A DNA stretch of 64,000 nt, taken from the NCBI GenBank assembly GCA_046329495.1, contig JAXLUO010000015.1:28125-92124 (forward strand), in the 5' to 3' direction. Source of the DNA: Chitinophagales bacterium (GTDB lineage Bacteria; Bacteroidota; Bacteroidia; Chitinophagales; LD1). Of this stretch, positions 37,528 to 47,037 are shown piece after piece (within the stretch, counting starts at the first letter, position 1; each line of letters starts with the position of its first letter). A model generated the notes under the pieces. That model made no database searches. It had not been told where the DNA came from and saw only the letters and a program-made list of their open reading frames with translations. A program made the position numbers and the translations under genes.

Positions 37528-38031
37528 CTACAACTCCTTAAACGAATTGATGATTTTACCGAAGTCTTCCTTATAGCGCAGTTTACGGTCTTCACCACGG
37601 GTCCAGAGGCTAAGGTGATACGTGCCTTTTTTGCCCTGCAAAAGTATCTCAGTGTAGTAAATGCTTTCCTCTTTCATTTTACCCATAAACTCAACATGAA
37701 CGCCCGTCAATCCGTTTGTTGTTATAGTTGTGGAATCTGTAATCAGGGGTTTTTGAGTTACACCGCGCAGCAGATTCAGATACTTGGTCATTTCTGCCCC
37801 CACTGCTTCCGGGGCTATGGTAGCGGGTAGTTTTTCTGCCACTATATAAAAGTTGCGGAAGCGGTTGGCATATTGTAAATCGGCTCCTTCCTTCAATTCT
37901 TCCTGCTCCACCCAGGGCGGCACCGATAGGGAGAATTTGTCCTTAATGGTTATAGTTTGATATTCGGTTGGGTATTTACAGCCGTTTAATAACAGCAGCA
38001 CTCCTGCCAATAGCACATACACTTGCTTCAT
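37528..38031 (-). CDS. Hypothetical lipoprotein
   Basis: The internal ATG 38031 gives MKQVYVLLAGVLLLLNGC (lipobox). The upstream part of the 244-aa ORF overlaps the aquaporin gene and looks non-coding (Cys/Pro/His-rich). Confidence 0.6.
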   Translation of the reverse strand: MKQVYVLLAGVLLLLNGCKYPTEYQTITIKDKFSLSVPPWVEQEELKEGADLQYANRFRNFYIVAEKLPATIAPEAVGAEMTKYLNLLRGVTQKPLITDSTTITTNGLTGVHVEFMGKMKEESIYYTEILLQGKKGTYHLSLWTRGEDRKLRYKEDFGKIINSFKEL

Positions 38032-38075
38032 CCCTGATAGTTTCGGCGCTAAAATAGGCAAAGTGCCATAATTAC

Positions 38076-38729
38076 TTAATTGGTAATGGGCTCGGCATGC
38101 AGCACACGGTGTATGCCCACTGCTGCCAGGGCACCAACAAAGGGGCCTGCAATGTATACCCAAAGGCTGTGGAAGTTGCCTGTTACAATAGCAGGCGCTA
38201 ACGAACGGGTGGGGTTTAACCCGGTGCCGCATACAGGTCCGCCAAAAAGCACCAAAAGCCACACGGTAGCGCCGATAGCAATACCGGCAGTTATCCCTTT
38301 TTCTTTGGCCCCTGTTGATACCCGTAAAACCACCAACATTAAAATGCAGGTCATCACGGTTTCCATTAACAGGGCTTGTAGGTCACTTCCCGAAGGCTGG
38401 GTTACGGCTAACGTAGTATTTTCGGGAAACAGGTAGTGCAGAAATCCGCTACCTGCAAGGGCGCCAAGCAGTTGAGCACTTAAAAAACCGGGCACTTCTT
38501 TCCATTCAAAGCGCTTGTCAACGGCAAAGGCCACGGTTACAGCCGGGTTTATATGCGTACCCGAAATATCGCCAAAGGCATAAATCAACGCTATAATTAC
38601 CAGGCCCCACACGGCTGCAATGCCCGGCAAACCAAGTGCACCGCCAAATTGTTGGTTCACTACCACGCATCCGGTTCCAGTAAAAAGCAGTATAAAAGTG
38701 CCCAGAAATTCGCTGAGGTATTTTTTCAT
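38076..38729 (-). CDS. Aquaporin / MIP-family channel
   Basis: 217 aa, six TM segments, and two NPA boxes (SGTHINPAVT and TGLNPTRSLAPA). Confidence 0.9.
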   Translation of the reverse strand: MKKYLSEFLGTFILLFTGTGCVVVNQQFGGALGLPGIAAVWGLVIIALIYAFGDISGTHINPAVTVAFAVDKRFEWKEVPGFLSAQLLGALAGSGFLHYLFPENTTLAVTQPSGSDLQALLMETVMTCILMLVVLRVSTGAKEKGITAGIAIGATVWLLVLFGGPVCGTGLNPTRSLAPAIVTGNFHSLWVYIAGPFVGALAAVGIHRVLHAEPITN

Positions 38730-38862
38730 GCAGGAGGGGTTTAGTCAAATCTAAAACTTTTTACCTCTTTCTAATTAGACCGGTATCAGAACCTCCCAAA
38801 GCTATTTCGATTGTTGCTAAATTAGGTTGGCTAAAAATTGGGTAATACGCTGCATTTGGCTA

Positions 38863-38870
38863 TAACTTTG
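38863..38870 (+). promoter_or_regulatory. Candidate Bacteroidota -7 promoter box (TAnnTTTG) upstream of kup
   Basis: TAACTTTG lies about 98 bp upstream of the kup ATG. TTG motifs occur 15-25 bp upstream of it. This is a motif match only. Confidence 0.3.
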
Positions 38871-38967
38871 CAACTTCTTAAATCTATGATGGCTTTTTCA
38901 AGCAAGGCTTTTAAAATTTCTCCTATCCAACTCATTCACCTTCTATTCATTTTTATAACTATATCAA

Positions 38968-40929
38968 ATGGCTAACGACAAGCGCGGGCATGGTATTCCT
39001 CTTTCCGCCGGCGGTGTATTAATTACCTTAGGGATTATTTTCGGCGATATCGGTACCTCGCCCATTTACGTGATGAATGCGATTGTGAGCAGTAGCGTTA
39101 TTACAAAAGAACTGGTGCTTGGGGGCTTAAGTTGTGTGTTCTGGACGCTCCTCGTAATTACAACGGTAAAGTATGTGTTTCTTACCCTAAATGCCGATAA
39201 CCGCGGTGAAGGCGGAATTTTTGCCCTGTATGCTCTGGTAAGGCGTTACAAGGTTACCTGGACCATCTTCCCTGCTATAATAGGCTGCGCTACACTAATT
39301 GCGGATGGTTTCATCACACCACCTATCTCTATCTCTTCAGCGGTAGAAGGTTTGCGCCTGGTAAACCCTGATATTACACACCATCAGGTAATGATGCTGG
39401 TTATCGCCATCCTTACCGGCTTGTTCGTATTCCAGCAATTCGGTACCCGTGTGGTGGGCGGCATCTTTGGCCCTGTAATGACTATTTGGTTCGTAATGAT
39501 CGGCTTCTTGGGAATTACAGCCATTCTGAAAAATCCATCTGTTCTGCACGCTATCAATCCTTACTGGGCATTCAATTTACTTGCTAAATACCCCGGTGGA
39601 TTTTGGCTGTTGGGTGCCGTGTTCCTTTGTACCACTGGGGGCGAAGCCCTTTATAGCGACCTGGGCCATTGCGGCAAATCCAATATCCGCGTTAGCTGGA
39701 GTTTTGTATTAAGCATGCTATTGCTCTGCTATTTCGGTCAGGCCGCTTATTTGTTACAAAACTACGAAGGTCAACACTGGCCCGAAGGTAAGTCTACCTT
39801 CTACGAGTTAATGAGCCCCGGCTTTTTGCCGTTCGGCGTAGCCATTGCAACCCTGGCCACCATCATTGCTTCGCAGGCATTAATAACCGGTTGTTTTACC
39901 CTGGTTAACGAAGCCATGAAGCTGCGCCTGTGGCCTAACCTGAAGGTGATATACCCTACTACGCACCAGGGCCAGATGTATATTCCCGGCATAAACTGGT
40001 TTTTATTCTTTGGCTGTATTGCTGTAGTGTTGATGTTTAAAGAATCGCGCAATATGGAAGCCGCCTACGGCCTTGCCATTACCATCAACATGTTAATGAC
40101 CACCATGCTGCTTACTTATTTAATGTATGTGCAGCGCCGCAACCCTATAATCGTGTGGGGTATACCGGTTGTGTTCGTTACCATTGAAAGCGTTTTCCTC
40201 TTCTCTAACCTTATGAAGTTTACCAACGGTGGTTGGTTTACTGTTATGATTGCTGCCTTCCTGTTCTTTGGCATGTGGATCTTCTATCAGGCACGTCTGT
40301 TACGCAAAAAGCACATCGAGTTTGTGGAGATCAAGGACTATATCGCTCCGCTTAAGGATTTGATGCGCGATGAAACCATCCCTAAGGAGGCTAATAACCT
40401 GGTTTACATGAGTATGGCTAACGATAAAAGCCATATCGACTCCAATATCGTTTACTCTATCTTCCGCAAACGCCCAAAGCGTGCCGATATCTATTGGTTC
40501 GTACACGTTGATATTTCGAACGAGCCTTATGGTGCTACTTATTCGGTAGATACCGTAGTGCCACGCCGTATTTTCTTTATCCGCTTAAACTTTGGTTTTA
40601 AAGTGGAACACAAGGTCAACCTGATGTTCAACAAAATTGTAGAGGAAATGGTGGCTAATGGCGAGGTAGACGAACTTTCTCACTACCCAAGCCTGCGCCA
40701 GCACAGTATGCCGGCCGATTTCAAGTTTATCCTCCTTAATACACGTGTGGCTATTGATGATGCGCTAACACCATTCGAGCAGTTTGTGGTGAAAGGCTAC
40801 CGCTTTATTAAAAGCATATCTCTTTCAACCGCCGAAGACTTTGGCCTCGAATTAACAAACGTGGAAGAAGAAACCGTACCGATACGAATTGCCCCGAGCA
40901 GTAAAATCGTTCTCAACCGGATCGGTTAA
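38968..40929 (+). CDS. kup: KUP/HAK/KT-family potassium uptake transporter
   Basis: 653 aa. GIIFGDIGTSPIYV, the NRGEGGIFALY motif, TGGEALYSDLGH, 12 TM segments, and the cytoplasmic C-terminal domain typical of Kup. Confidence 0.95.
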   Translation: MANDKRGHGIPLSAGGVLITLGIIFGDIGTSPIYVMNAIVSSSVITKELVLGGLSCVFWTLLVITTVKYVFLTLNADNRGEGGIFALYALVRRYKVTWTIFPAIIGCATLIADGFITPPISISSAVEGLRLVNPDITHHQVMMLVIAILTGLFVFQQFGTRVVGGIFGPVMTIWFVMIGFLGITAILKNPSVLHAINPYWAFNLLAKYPGGFWLLGAVFLCTTGGEALYSDLGHCGKSNIRVSWSFVLSMLLLCYFGQAAYLLQNYEGQHWPEGKSTFYELMSPGFLPFGVAIATLATIIASQALITGCFTLVNEAMKLRLWPNLKVIYPTTHQGQMYIPGINWFLFFGCIAVVLMFKESRNMEAAYGLAITINMLMTTMLLTYLMYVQRRNPIIVWGIPVVFVTIESVFLFSNLMKFTNGGWFTVMIAAFLFFGMWIFYQARLLRKKHIEFVEIKDYIAPLKDLMRDETIPKEANNLVYMSMANDKSHIDSNIVYSIFRKRPKRADIYWFVHVDISNEPYGATYSVDTVVPRRIFFIRLNFGFKVEHKVNLMFNKIVEEMVANGEVDELSHYPSLRQHSMPADFKFILLNTRVAIDDALTPFEQFVVKGYRFIKSISLSTAEDFGLELTNVEEETVPIRIAPSSKIVLNRIG

Positions 40930-40931
40930 AA

Positions 40932-40965
40932 CAAAAAAGGCGCAGGTTTCACCTGCGCCTTTTTT
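40932..40965. terminator. Bidirectional intrinsic terminator between the convergent kup and T9SS cargo genes
   Basis: aaaaaa-GGCGCAGGT-ttc-ACCTGCGCC-tttttt. Confidence 0.8.
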
Positions 40966-40986
40966 ATAGCTTCTTTTTTCAATCGG

Positions 40987-42405
40987 TTAGTTAACCTTAA
41001 TAACCCTGGCTTTTGCAAGATTGCTAACGGCTCGTAACTCAATATTGTAAATACCGGCCGGCAATGTTTCAATAGAAAGTTGGGGTGTATAGGGCTGTTG
41101 CAATACTTGTTGGCCGCTTAAGTTGGTAACGGTTATTGTTTGCGGCACAAAATCGCCGGTTTTAAAGGTTACCATCTCCCTTGCGGGGTTCGGGAACATG
41201 CTGATAGTTACATTGGCTTCTTCCTCAATACCGGTGGTAGTACCATATTCAACTACATTGCTCATTGGTTTAGCACCGTCATTTGTTCCATCGCAATGGC
41301 TAACTACACTATACGAGTTATTAAAGATATTGAAGTTAAAAATTACGCCCAGGCCGTATTGTCCGCCATCAGGGGTAACACCATACAATACACCATCTTC
41401 GCCTTCCATTAAGCTACCGATTGGTGCCGAACCAAGTGCACCATCGAAACTATAAATGGGGGTAAAGAGGTTAGGCGCAATTTCGTAACTAAAAATCTCA
41501 CCCGCATCATAGGTGCCGCCGTAAGGCGTAACACCATACAACTTACCATTGCTGGCCTGCATTAAAGTGCCCATAGGCCAGGCTCCGTCAGAACCATCAA
41601 AATCATGCAGCTTAGTGAATATTTTGGTAGGTATATTATAGCAGAACACCACGCCAAAATCATGCAGACCTCCCCAGGTGGTCATACCATATAAATTGCC
41701 GTTGTTGGCTTGTAATAGTCTGCACTTGGTAGGCAGTTCGCCATTCAGGCCGCTAAAACTATGCACTACGGCAAAGGTGTTCAGTAGCGGTTGGAAACAG
41801 AAAATAGTGCCGCGATCGTTAACACCCCCGCGGCGTGTCATTCCGAAAATATTGCCATCAGCAGCCTGCATTAAGCCCTGCGGGTCGGTGCCGTTTACGC
41901 CGTTAAAATCAACTACTACCTGAAACGAGTTAGGCTGCCCGGTATGGTACCGGAACAACACCCCTGCACCATCAGGTGCCGAAGCAGAGGAATGCGTACC
42001 GCCACCGCGGCTGGTTCCATATAACCAACCATCGGCACTTAATAATAAGTCACCGGGTTCGCGACCGTCTGTACCGTTAAAGTGATGCAACACGGCAAAC
42101 ACCTGCGTGGCAGGGTCATAGCTAAACATTACACCATAGTTATAGAGGCCACCGGCTAAGGTGGTGCCATATAGCACATTATCATTGCCTTTAACCAGGT
42201 TGCCATTTGGGTTGGCCCCGTTAACACCATTGAAGTTTATCGCCACGCCACCGTTGCTACCATCTTCATTTACTGTATAAATAGCACCTAAACCGTTAGC
42301 GCCACCACCGTTCATGGTAGTCCACAGCGAGCGCTTACCGGCGTAACTATTGGTTACTACCAATGCCGAAAGCAATACTAAAAAGCCGTGTACAGTGGTT
42401 TTCAT
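40987..42405 (-). CDS. T9SS cargo protein with GloVer-type 'choice-of-anchor' tandem repeats
   Basis: There are six or more repeats of the pattern ...G.LYG(T/M/V)T..GG....G(V/T/E)(I/M/V)F.(Y/F) (LYGTTLAGGLYNYGVMFSY, IFGMTRRGGVNDRGTIFCF, LYGMTTWGGLHDFGVVFCY, LYGVTPYGGTYDAGEIFSY, LYGVTPDGGQYGLGVIFNF). The C-terminus is MFPNPAREMVTF...LPAGIYNIELR. Confidence 0.8.
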   Translation of the reverse strand: MKTTVHGFLVLLSALVVTNSYAGKRSLWTTMNGGGANGLGAIYTVNEDGSNGGVAINFNGVNGANPNGNLVKGNDNVLYGTTLAGGLYNYGVMFSYDPATQVFAVLHHFNGTDGREPGDLLLSADGWLYGTSRGGGTHSSASAPDGAGVLFRYHTGQPNSFQVVVDFNGVNGTDPQGLMQAADGNIFGMTRRGGVNDRGTIFCFQPLLNTFAVVHSFSGLNGELPTKCRLLQANNGNLYGMTTWGGLHDFGVVFCYNIPTKIFTKLHDFDGSDGAWPMGTLMQASNGKLYGVTPYGGTYDAGEIFSYEIAPNLFTPIYSFDGALGSAPIGSLMEGEDGVLYGVTPDGGQYGLGVIFNFNIFNNSYSVVSHCDGTNDGAKPMSNVVEYGTTTGIEEEANVTISMFPNPAREMVTFKTGDFVPQTITVTNLSGQQVLQQPYTPQLSIETLPAGIYNIELRAVSNLAKARVIKVN

Positions 42406-42536
42406 TTGCAGCTTTTGTTAGATATACCGGCGGTTCAGGAAGGCCGGGTGGTTAACGCTCTCTAAAATTATAAAATATTTATCCGTAAACTAAAAACCCG
42501 GCAATAATTATTTTATAGCTCAGTTATAACCCTTCT

Positions 42537-44426
42537 CTAATCCTTTACCAATCTAACCACCTTATCGCCCAGTTTCAACAGGTAAACCCCTGTTTGCAGA
42601 TACCCCAGGTTTAATTGATTGGTTTTACTCGTAATGCCTTGGTAAACAATCTTTCCGGCAAGGTCTGTAACTGCAAGTTCATGACCCGCCAACCCTTCCG
42701 GAGCATCAAAATACCATTGGCCGTTATGGCTTGGGTTAGGATATACATATAAAGAAGCCGCAGTAGCAGGTTCTGAAAGGCCACTGATATTATCTAATAC
42801 AGTAGCCACACTATTGGTAACTACAGCCGGATTAAAGTCGAAGTAGATATAGCCTGTATTGCTAAAACTGCTACCCGGCACTACCGGGCTTTTAGGCTTA
42901 ACAGAGAATTGAATAAATCCATGACTTTGCGGCTCGTTACTGAAACTATCGGGCAGATTAATATTGGCAAACGTAAATCGCACCTTTTGCCCGTCTATCT
43001 GCACCGCATAGTTGTGCGAGGCTGCTAAAACCTGCAGCGTTGTTGGGTCCAGATAGTTGGAAAGTGTATCCATTATTTTCACTGTCTCGGCCATAAAGGT
43101 GCCGGTGTTCTGAAAACGGATGGTGTATCTTAAGGTGCTGTTAGTAGGCACGGTACCGTTATGGTCACCTACGGGCGAAACCGATTTGTCGTTCGGGTCA
43201 TAAGAGCCTACAACTATTAACTGTTCTATTACATCTGAAGTATCCGTGCTGGAACAGCTAACATCCGAAATCTGTCCGCGGTAGTTAAATACCGTGCCCA
43301 GTGGGGTAGCTACAGGGGTATTAAATATACCGTAGGCTGAATAATAATTGCCGGGCATCAAGTTGGTAAAATGCCATTCTATAAAGTGGTTTACCGTGTC
43401 TATTAGTAATGCTCCGCTACTGGTGCTGCTTACTTGCTGCTGTGCATCGTAATAAAGCCGCAAACTGGCGGCAGCAGGTAGGGCCGAAAACTGATTGGTG
43501 AACGTTATGTTTACCTGGTTAGTAAATCCGGGGCGGGGCGGCGCTCCAACTGCGTAAACCGAGGTAGAACTATTGCAGAAGCTGGATGGTACGGCTACTC
43601 CAAAATTATTATTAGCCGAGGTAATTCCATACCCTGAAACCGTTACAAAATGAAATTGTGGATTCACGGGATAACCTGAAGCCGGCCCGCTTATGTGTGG
43701 TGTTACGTTAAAGCTGCCGGTTGGCACATATACATAATAATTACCCTGGCTGTTTGTAAGCGTCGTATAATTTGCGCCAAGCGATATAGACACAGCTTGA
43801 TTGGCAATTCCCAGCTCGCCTGCATCCCAGATTTGGTTGTTGTTTACATCGTAATACACCTTACCTGTAATCATCGATACGCTATCGGTGGCGCCTGCAT
43901 AGGCTACATAGGGCGCGGTTTGAGCCGTGTCAACCTCCGGGCAGGTGTTTATAGATGGTTCAATTACCCGTAGATAAATATACAAGCCTGCAGCATCCAT
44001 GTTAGTTGTTATTGGTATGCCAATATTCATGGTACAGGTAATGGATAGCTTATATTGACCTGCGGGGGCGTAAGTGGTGCCACTTATGTGTAAACAGCCC
44101 GAGGACATATTGGGAAAACTATTAGTGGCCGAATTGCTGGCCCAGCAGAGACCTTGTGGCAAATTTTCAATCGAATCAAATTTCAGACTCTGAATAGTTA
44201 ATATTTGTCCACTAAAACTAATGGTGTCATAAATACTAAATTGAATAGTGATATCTACCGGCTCCCCACGCTTAATGCAGGGTATACTATCGTTAGGCGT
44301 AAATTTACCGGGAGGTAAACTTCCGCTGGCCGTACAAATACCTGGGCCTGAATTGCCGCAATATTGGCCGAAGCTAAAGGTGTTCAATAAAAGCAATGCT
44401 GTTAACAGAGGTACTAATGTTTTCAT
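42537..44426 (-). CDS. T9SS cargo protein (Cys-containing N-terminal region, Ig/CARDB-like beta domains)
   Basis: 629 aa with a signal peptide. It has the GSYDPNDKSV motif common in Bacteroidota surface proteins. The C-terminus is VYPNPSHNGQWYF...LQTGVYLLKLGDKVVRLVK. Confidence 0.75.
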   Translation of the reverse strand: MKTLVPLLTALLLLNTFSFGQYCGNSGPGICTASGSLPPGKFTPNDSIPCIKRGEPVDITIQFSIYDTISFSGQILTIQSLKFDSIENLPQGLCWASNSATNSFPNMSSGCLHISGTTYAPAGQYKLSITCTMNIGIPITTNMDAAGLYIYLRVIEPSINTCPEVDTAQTAPYVAYAGATDSVSMITGKVYYDVNNNQIWDAGELGIANQAVSISLGANYTTLTNSQGNYYVYVPTGSFNVTPHISGPASGYPVNPQFHFVTVSGYGITSANNNFGVAVPSSFCNSSTSVYAVGAPPRPGFTNQVNITFTNQFSALPAAASLRLYYDAQQQVSSTSSGALLIDTVNHFIEWHFTNLMPGNYYSAYGIFNTPVATPLGTVFNYRGQISDVSCSSTDTSDVIEQLIVVGSYDPNDKSVSPVGDHNGTVPTNSTLRYTIRFQNTGTFMAETVKIMDTLSNYLDPTTLQVLAASHNYAVQIDGQKVRFTFANINLPDSFSNEPQSHGFIQFSVKPKSPVVPGSSFSNTGYIYFDFNPAVVTNSVATVLDNISGLSEPATAASLYVYPNPSHNGQWYFDAPEGLAGHELAVTDLAGKIVYQGITSKTNQLNLGYLQTGVYLLKLGDKVVRLVKD

Positions 44427-44493
44427 AGTATTTTTTTTAAGCAGCAGCCGATAGGTTCATTCGTTTGCTGTAATGCCAATATACATAGATCAG

Positions 44494-44532
44494 AATAAGA
44501 AAGGGAAACAATTTTTGCTTCCCTTTCTTATT
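44494..44532 (-). terminator. 14-bp perfect hairpin downstream of the 614-aa T9SS cargo gene
   Basis: aataagaaagggaa-(11 nt)-ttccctttcttatt, located 15 bp past the stop codon. Confidence 0.5.
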
Positions 44533-44546
44533 GTTAAATATTTGAT

Positions 44547-46340
44547 TTATTGCTTCAGCAATCTGAGCACTTGTGCTTTTAGGCGCAGGTAATATACACC
44601 TGCAGGCAGGTCAATCATCAGTTGGTTGTGCATGCTGTTTGCAACATGGCTATAAACCAATCTGCCTCTTAAATCTACAATCTCAAAAATTTCGCCTACC
44701 AAATTTGCGGGTATCTGTAACTGCCAGGTGTTCGTGCTGTTGGGGTTAGGGTAAACATGGACGGCATCCTTATCAACCCCCGTTATTCCTGATATCACCA
44801 CCGCAAGCCCCTGCGACATACTCCGGCATCCGTGTGCATCTTGTGCCTGCACCGTATATAATCCGCTTTCCGTAGCAACATAGGTGGATGCGGTTGCATT
44901 GGTTATCAAAGCTCCATCCCGATACCACTGGTAGCTTACGCCATTAACTGCTTTTAGCGTATCGCCCGATTGGGTTATGGTTACCGTTGGTGGTACCCTA
45001 ACCACCAACGTGCTGCCTGGGTTGCTTACAGCGCTGCAACCGTTGGCATCGGTTACAGTAACTGTAAATGTTCCTTCTGCGGTAACGTGTATGCAGGCAG
45101 CCGTACTACCCGTGCTCCATGCATAACTGCTCCAGGTTCCGGGCACGCAAAAGTCGGCTGTATCACGTGGACAAATGCTATCCACGGCAGGCGTAATGTT
45201 TACGTTACCCGCAGAACTGCCTGCAGTAAGTAAAAACTGTGCAGTGTCGGTGCATCCCTGGCTGTCACTTACTTCAAAAATGTAGGTGCCGGCACCTACA
45301 TTGGTTAATGGATAGGAATTGCTCACCACATTCCCTGCTTTGGTCCACTGTACAGTATAAGGACTGCTGCCGCCTGAAACACTTATACCGGTAACGGAAC
45401 CATTATTTTGTGCGCATCCCGGGTTGGCAACCTGTACATTACCGGTATTAATTGCAGGAGGGGCAGGTGTGGTAAGTGTAACAGTCTTTACAACTGAATC
45501 GCCCGGTAATGGAATCGAATCGCGCAGTAACACATTATTAATGGCCACCGAAGGATCAGTGCCTACACCATCATCATTATTTACCCAGTTAAATCGCAAT
45601 AACAGATTGGCTAAGTTGGTGCAGCCCGCAGGTAGTGCATAGCTGCGTTTGGTCCAAAGGCCCTGTCCGCCACCACAGGTGCTGCTTTTTAGCGAGGCAT
45701 CAAGGGATGTGTAATTACTTCCGCCGTTAATGCTGTAAAGGCTGCTCGCATTATCAGTTAGTCCGCTGCCACCGGCTATAAAATCATACTGCAATACCAG
45801 GTTGGTGCGCCCCTGCGTATTAATGCCCGGCGAAGTGGCTGCGCTGGATGTTTGCGGACAATATAAAATACCACATAAACCACCTGCATCATAGGCTGCG
45901 CCACCTGTTGGGTTAAACACGCTGGTTATATGCATTGTTTTATCTCCGTTACCCGAGGTTCCGCAACCGCCGGGAGCTACACCACCTTCTGCATCGCTGA
46001 TGGTCCAGAAATTGGGGTCAGCACCGTTCGTGCCGGTACTGGTGTTTAAAGTCCAGGCCGGAGCGTTATCAAAGGTTTCTAAAAAAACAGTATCCCAATG
46101 CGTACCGCCCGCTGCATATACTGTAACCGTATAAGTGCCTGCGGCAAGGTTGTTAACGGCAGATGTAGTGGCGCCTGTGCTCCACTTGTAACTGTAGTTT
46201 GCACCTCCGCTGGGGGTAACACTGGCACTTCCATTAGTTGCAACACAACTTGGGTTGGTAAAGTTAACGGTGGCCGTTAATTGACCATAACTACCTACCA
46301 CGTGTAGCAATAGAATTAAAGACGGTAAAATTTTTTTCAT
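44547..46340 (-). CDS. T9SS cargo protein with SprB-type repeats, a MAM/lectin-like central domain and Ig-like repeats
   Basis: ATG 46340 gives the signal peptide MKKILPSLILLLHVVGSYGQ. SprB-like repeats are NPSCVATNGSASVTPSGGANYSYKWSTG...AAGTYTVTV and NPGCAQNNGSVTGISVSGGSSPYTVQW...GAGTYIFEVSDSQGC. The C-terminus is VYPNPNSTNTWQLQ...LPAGVYYLRLK. Confidence 0.8.
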   Translation of the reverse strand: MKKILPSLILLLHVVGSYGQLTATVNFTNPSCVATNGSASVTPSGGANYSYKWSTGATTSAVNNLAAGTYTVTVYAAGGTHWDTVFLETFDNAPAWTLNTSTGTNGADPNFWTISDAEGGVAPGGCGTSGNGDKTMHITSVFNPTGGAAYDAGGLCGILYCPQTSSAATSPGINTQGRTNLVLQYDFIAGGSGLTDNASSLYSINGGSNYTSLDASLKSSTCGGGQGLWTKRSYALPAGCTNLANLLLRFNWVNNDDGVGTDPSVAINNVLLRDSIPLPGDSVVKTVTLTTPAPPAINTGNVQVANPGCAQNNGSVTGISVSGGSSPYTVQWTKAGNVVSNSYPLTNVGAGTYIFEVSDSQGCTDTAQFLLTAGSSAGNVNITPAVDSICPRDTADFCVPGTWSSYAWSTGSTAACIHVTAEGTFTVTVTDANGCSAVSNPGSTLVVRVPPTVTITQSGDTLKAVNGVSYQWYRDGALITNATASTYVATESGLYTVQAQDAHGCRSMSQGLAVVISGITGVDKDAVHVYPNPNSTNTWQLQIPANLVGEIFEIVDLRGRLVYSHVANSMHNQLMIDLPAGVYYLRLKAQVLRLLKQ

Positions 46341-46490
46341 GGGTCGGGTTTTGCTCTTAAATATAAATAAAGTTCCACCTGCCCGCGGCACAAACTTTGC
46401 AGCAGCACGCGGTTTTCAACGCATAACCTTAATGTTAGCATCAAACCCCGGTAATTATCGGGGCTTTAATTTGTAGAAGTAGTATCCATT

Positions 46491-46895
46491 ATGAAGAACA
46501 AAACGTACATCCTTTTCGTTTGCCCCGATAACGCCTTATGGAGCCAGATGGCCGAGGCCATGGTAAAATTATACCGCGATTCTGAAATCAGCGCTTTCAG
46601 TGCAGGAGTGCAGCCTGCGCATTCGGTTGATAAACGCGCCATTGACTTAACAAACCGCCTTGGTTACGAAGGCATGCAATTGCATACCACCAAAAGCGTA
46701 CGGGATGTGCCCGATTTTCATTACGACTTTGTAATCACTATTGGTATGCCTGCCTACATCTCCGAAATCTCTGCCGATAAACGCCTGGAGTGGCGCTTTG
46801 GTAATTTAGAAGAGGTAGATGAAGTGCAGCTTATGCGTTTGCGCGATAAGCTGCTCAACAAAGTGCTCAATCTCGTTATCAGCGTTGCCGCTTAG
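46491..46895 (+). CDS. ArsC / low-molecular-weight phosphotyrosine-phosphatase-fold protein with a degenerate active site
   Basis: ILFVCPDNALWSQMAEAM aligns by eye to the LMW-PTP/ArsC P-loop (V/I)C.GN.CRSQMAE. The nucleophilic Cys is kept, but the P-loop Gly and Arg are replaced by Asp and Trp. See findings. Confidence 0.65.
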   Translation: MKNKTYILFVCPDNALWSQMAEAMVKLYRDSEISAFSAGVQPAHSVDKRAIDLTNRLGYEGMQLHTTKSVRDVPDFHYDFVITIGMPAYISEISADKRLEWRFGNLEEVDEVQLMRLRDKLLNKVLNLVISVAA

Positions 46896-47037
46896 CAAAA
46901 ACCGTCGTTTAGCTTCGTCACAGAACTGGACAAAAACGTCAATTTGTTAATAACAACATGTGTTGGTGCGGGTTAGCTATAACCTAAACAAGCTTCTTGC
47001 AGTATAATTTAGTCAAACCAAAGTTTCTATACTGCAT

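Noticed and set aside
37528-38262. Full 244-aa ORF as given in the track
   Set aside because: The N-terminal 77 aa overlap the aquaporin gene's 3' end in another frame and are Cys/His/Pro-rich nonsense. The internal ATG with a lipobox (38031) is a far better start. Similar over-extended starts were trimmed at 15376-16038, 22308-22949, 24139-25851, 27068, 28995, 35089-36285, 44547-46391, 4985-7192 and 59542.
38730-38967. Possible c-di-AMP (ydaO/kimA-type) or other riboswitch in the 238-bp leader of kup
   Set aside because: I could not recognise the conserved pseudo-two-fold helices or ACGR motifs by eye. Only a TAnnTTTG promoter-like box is supportable. A covariance-model scan would be needed.
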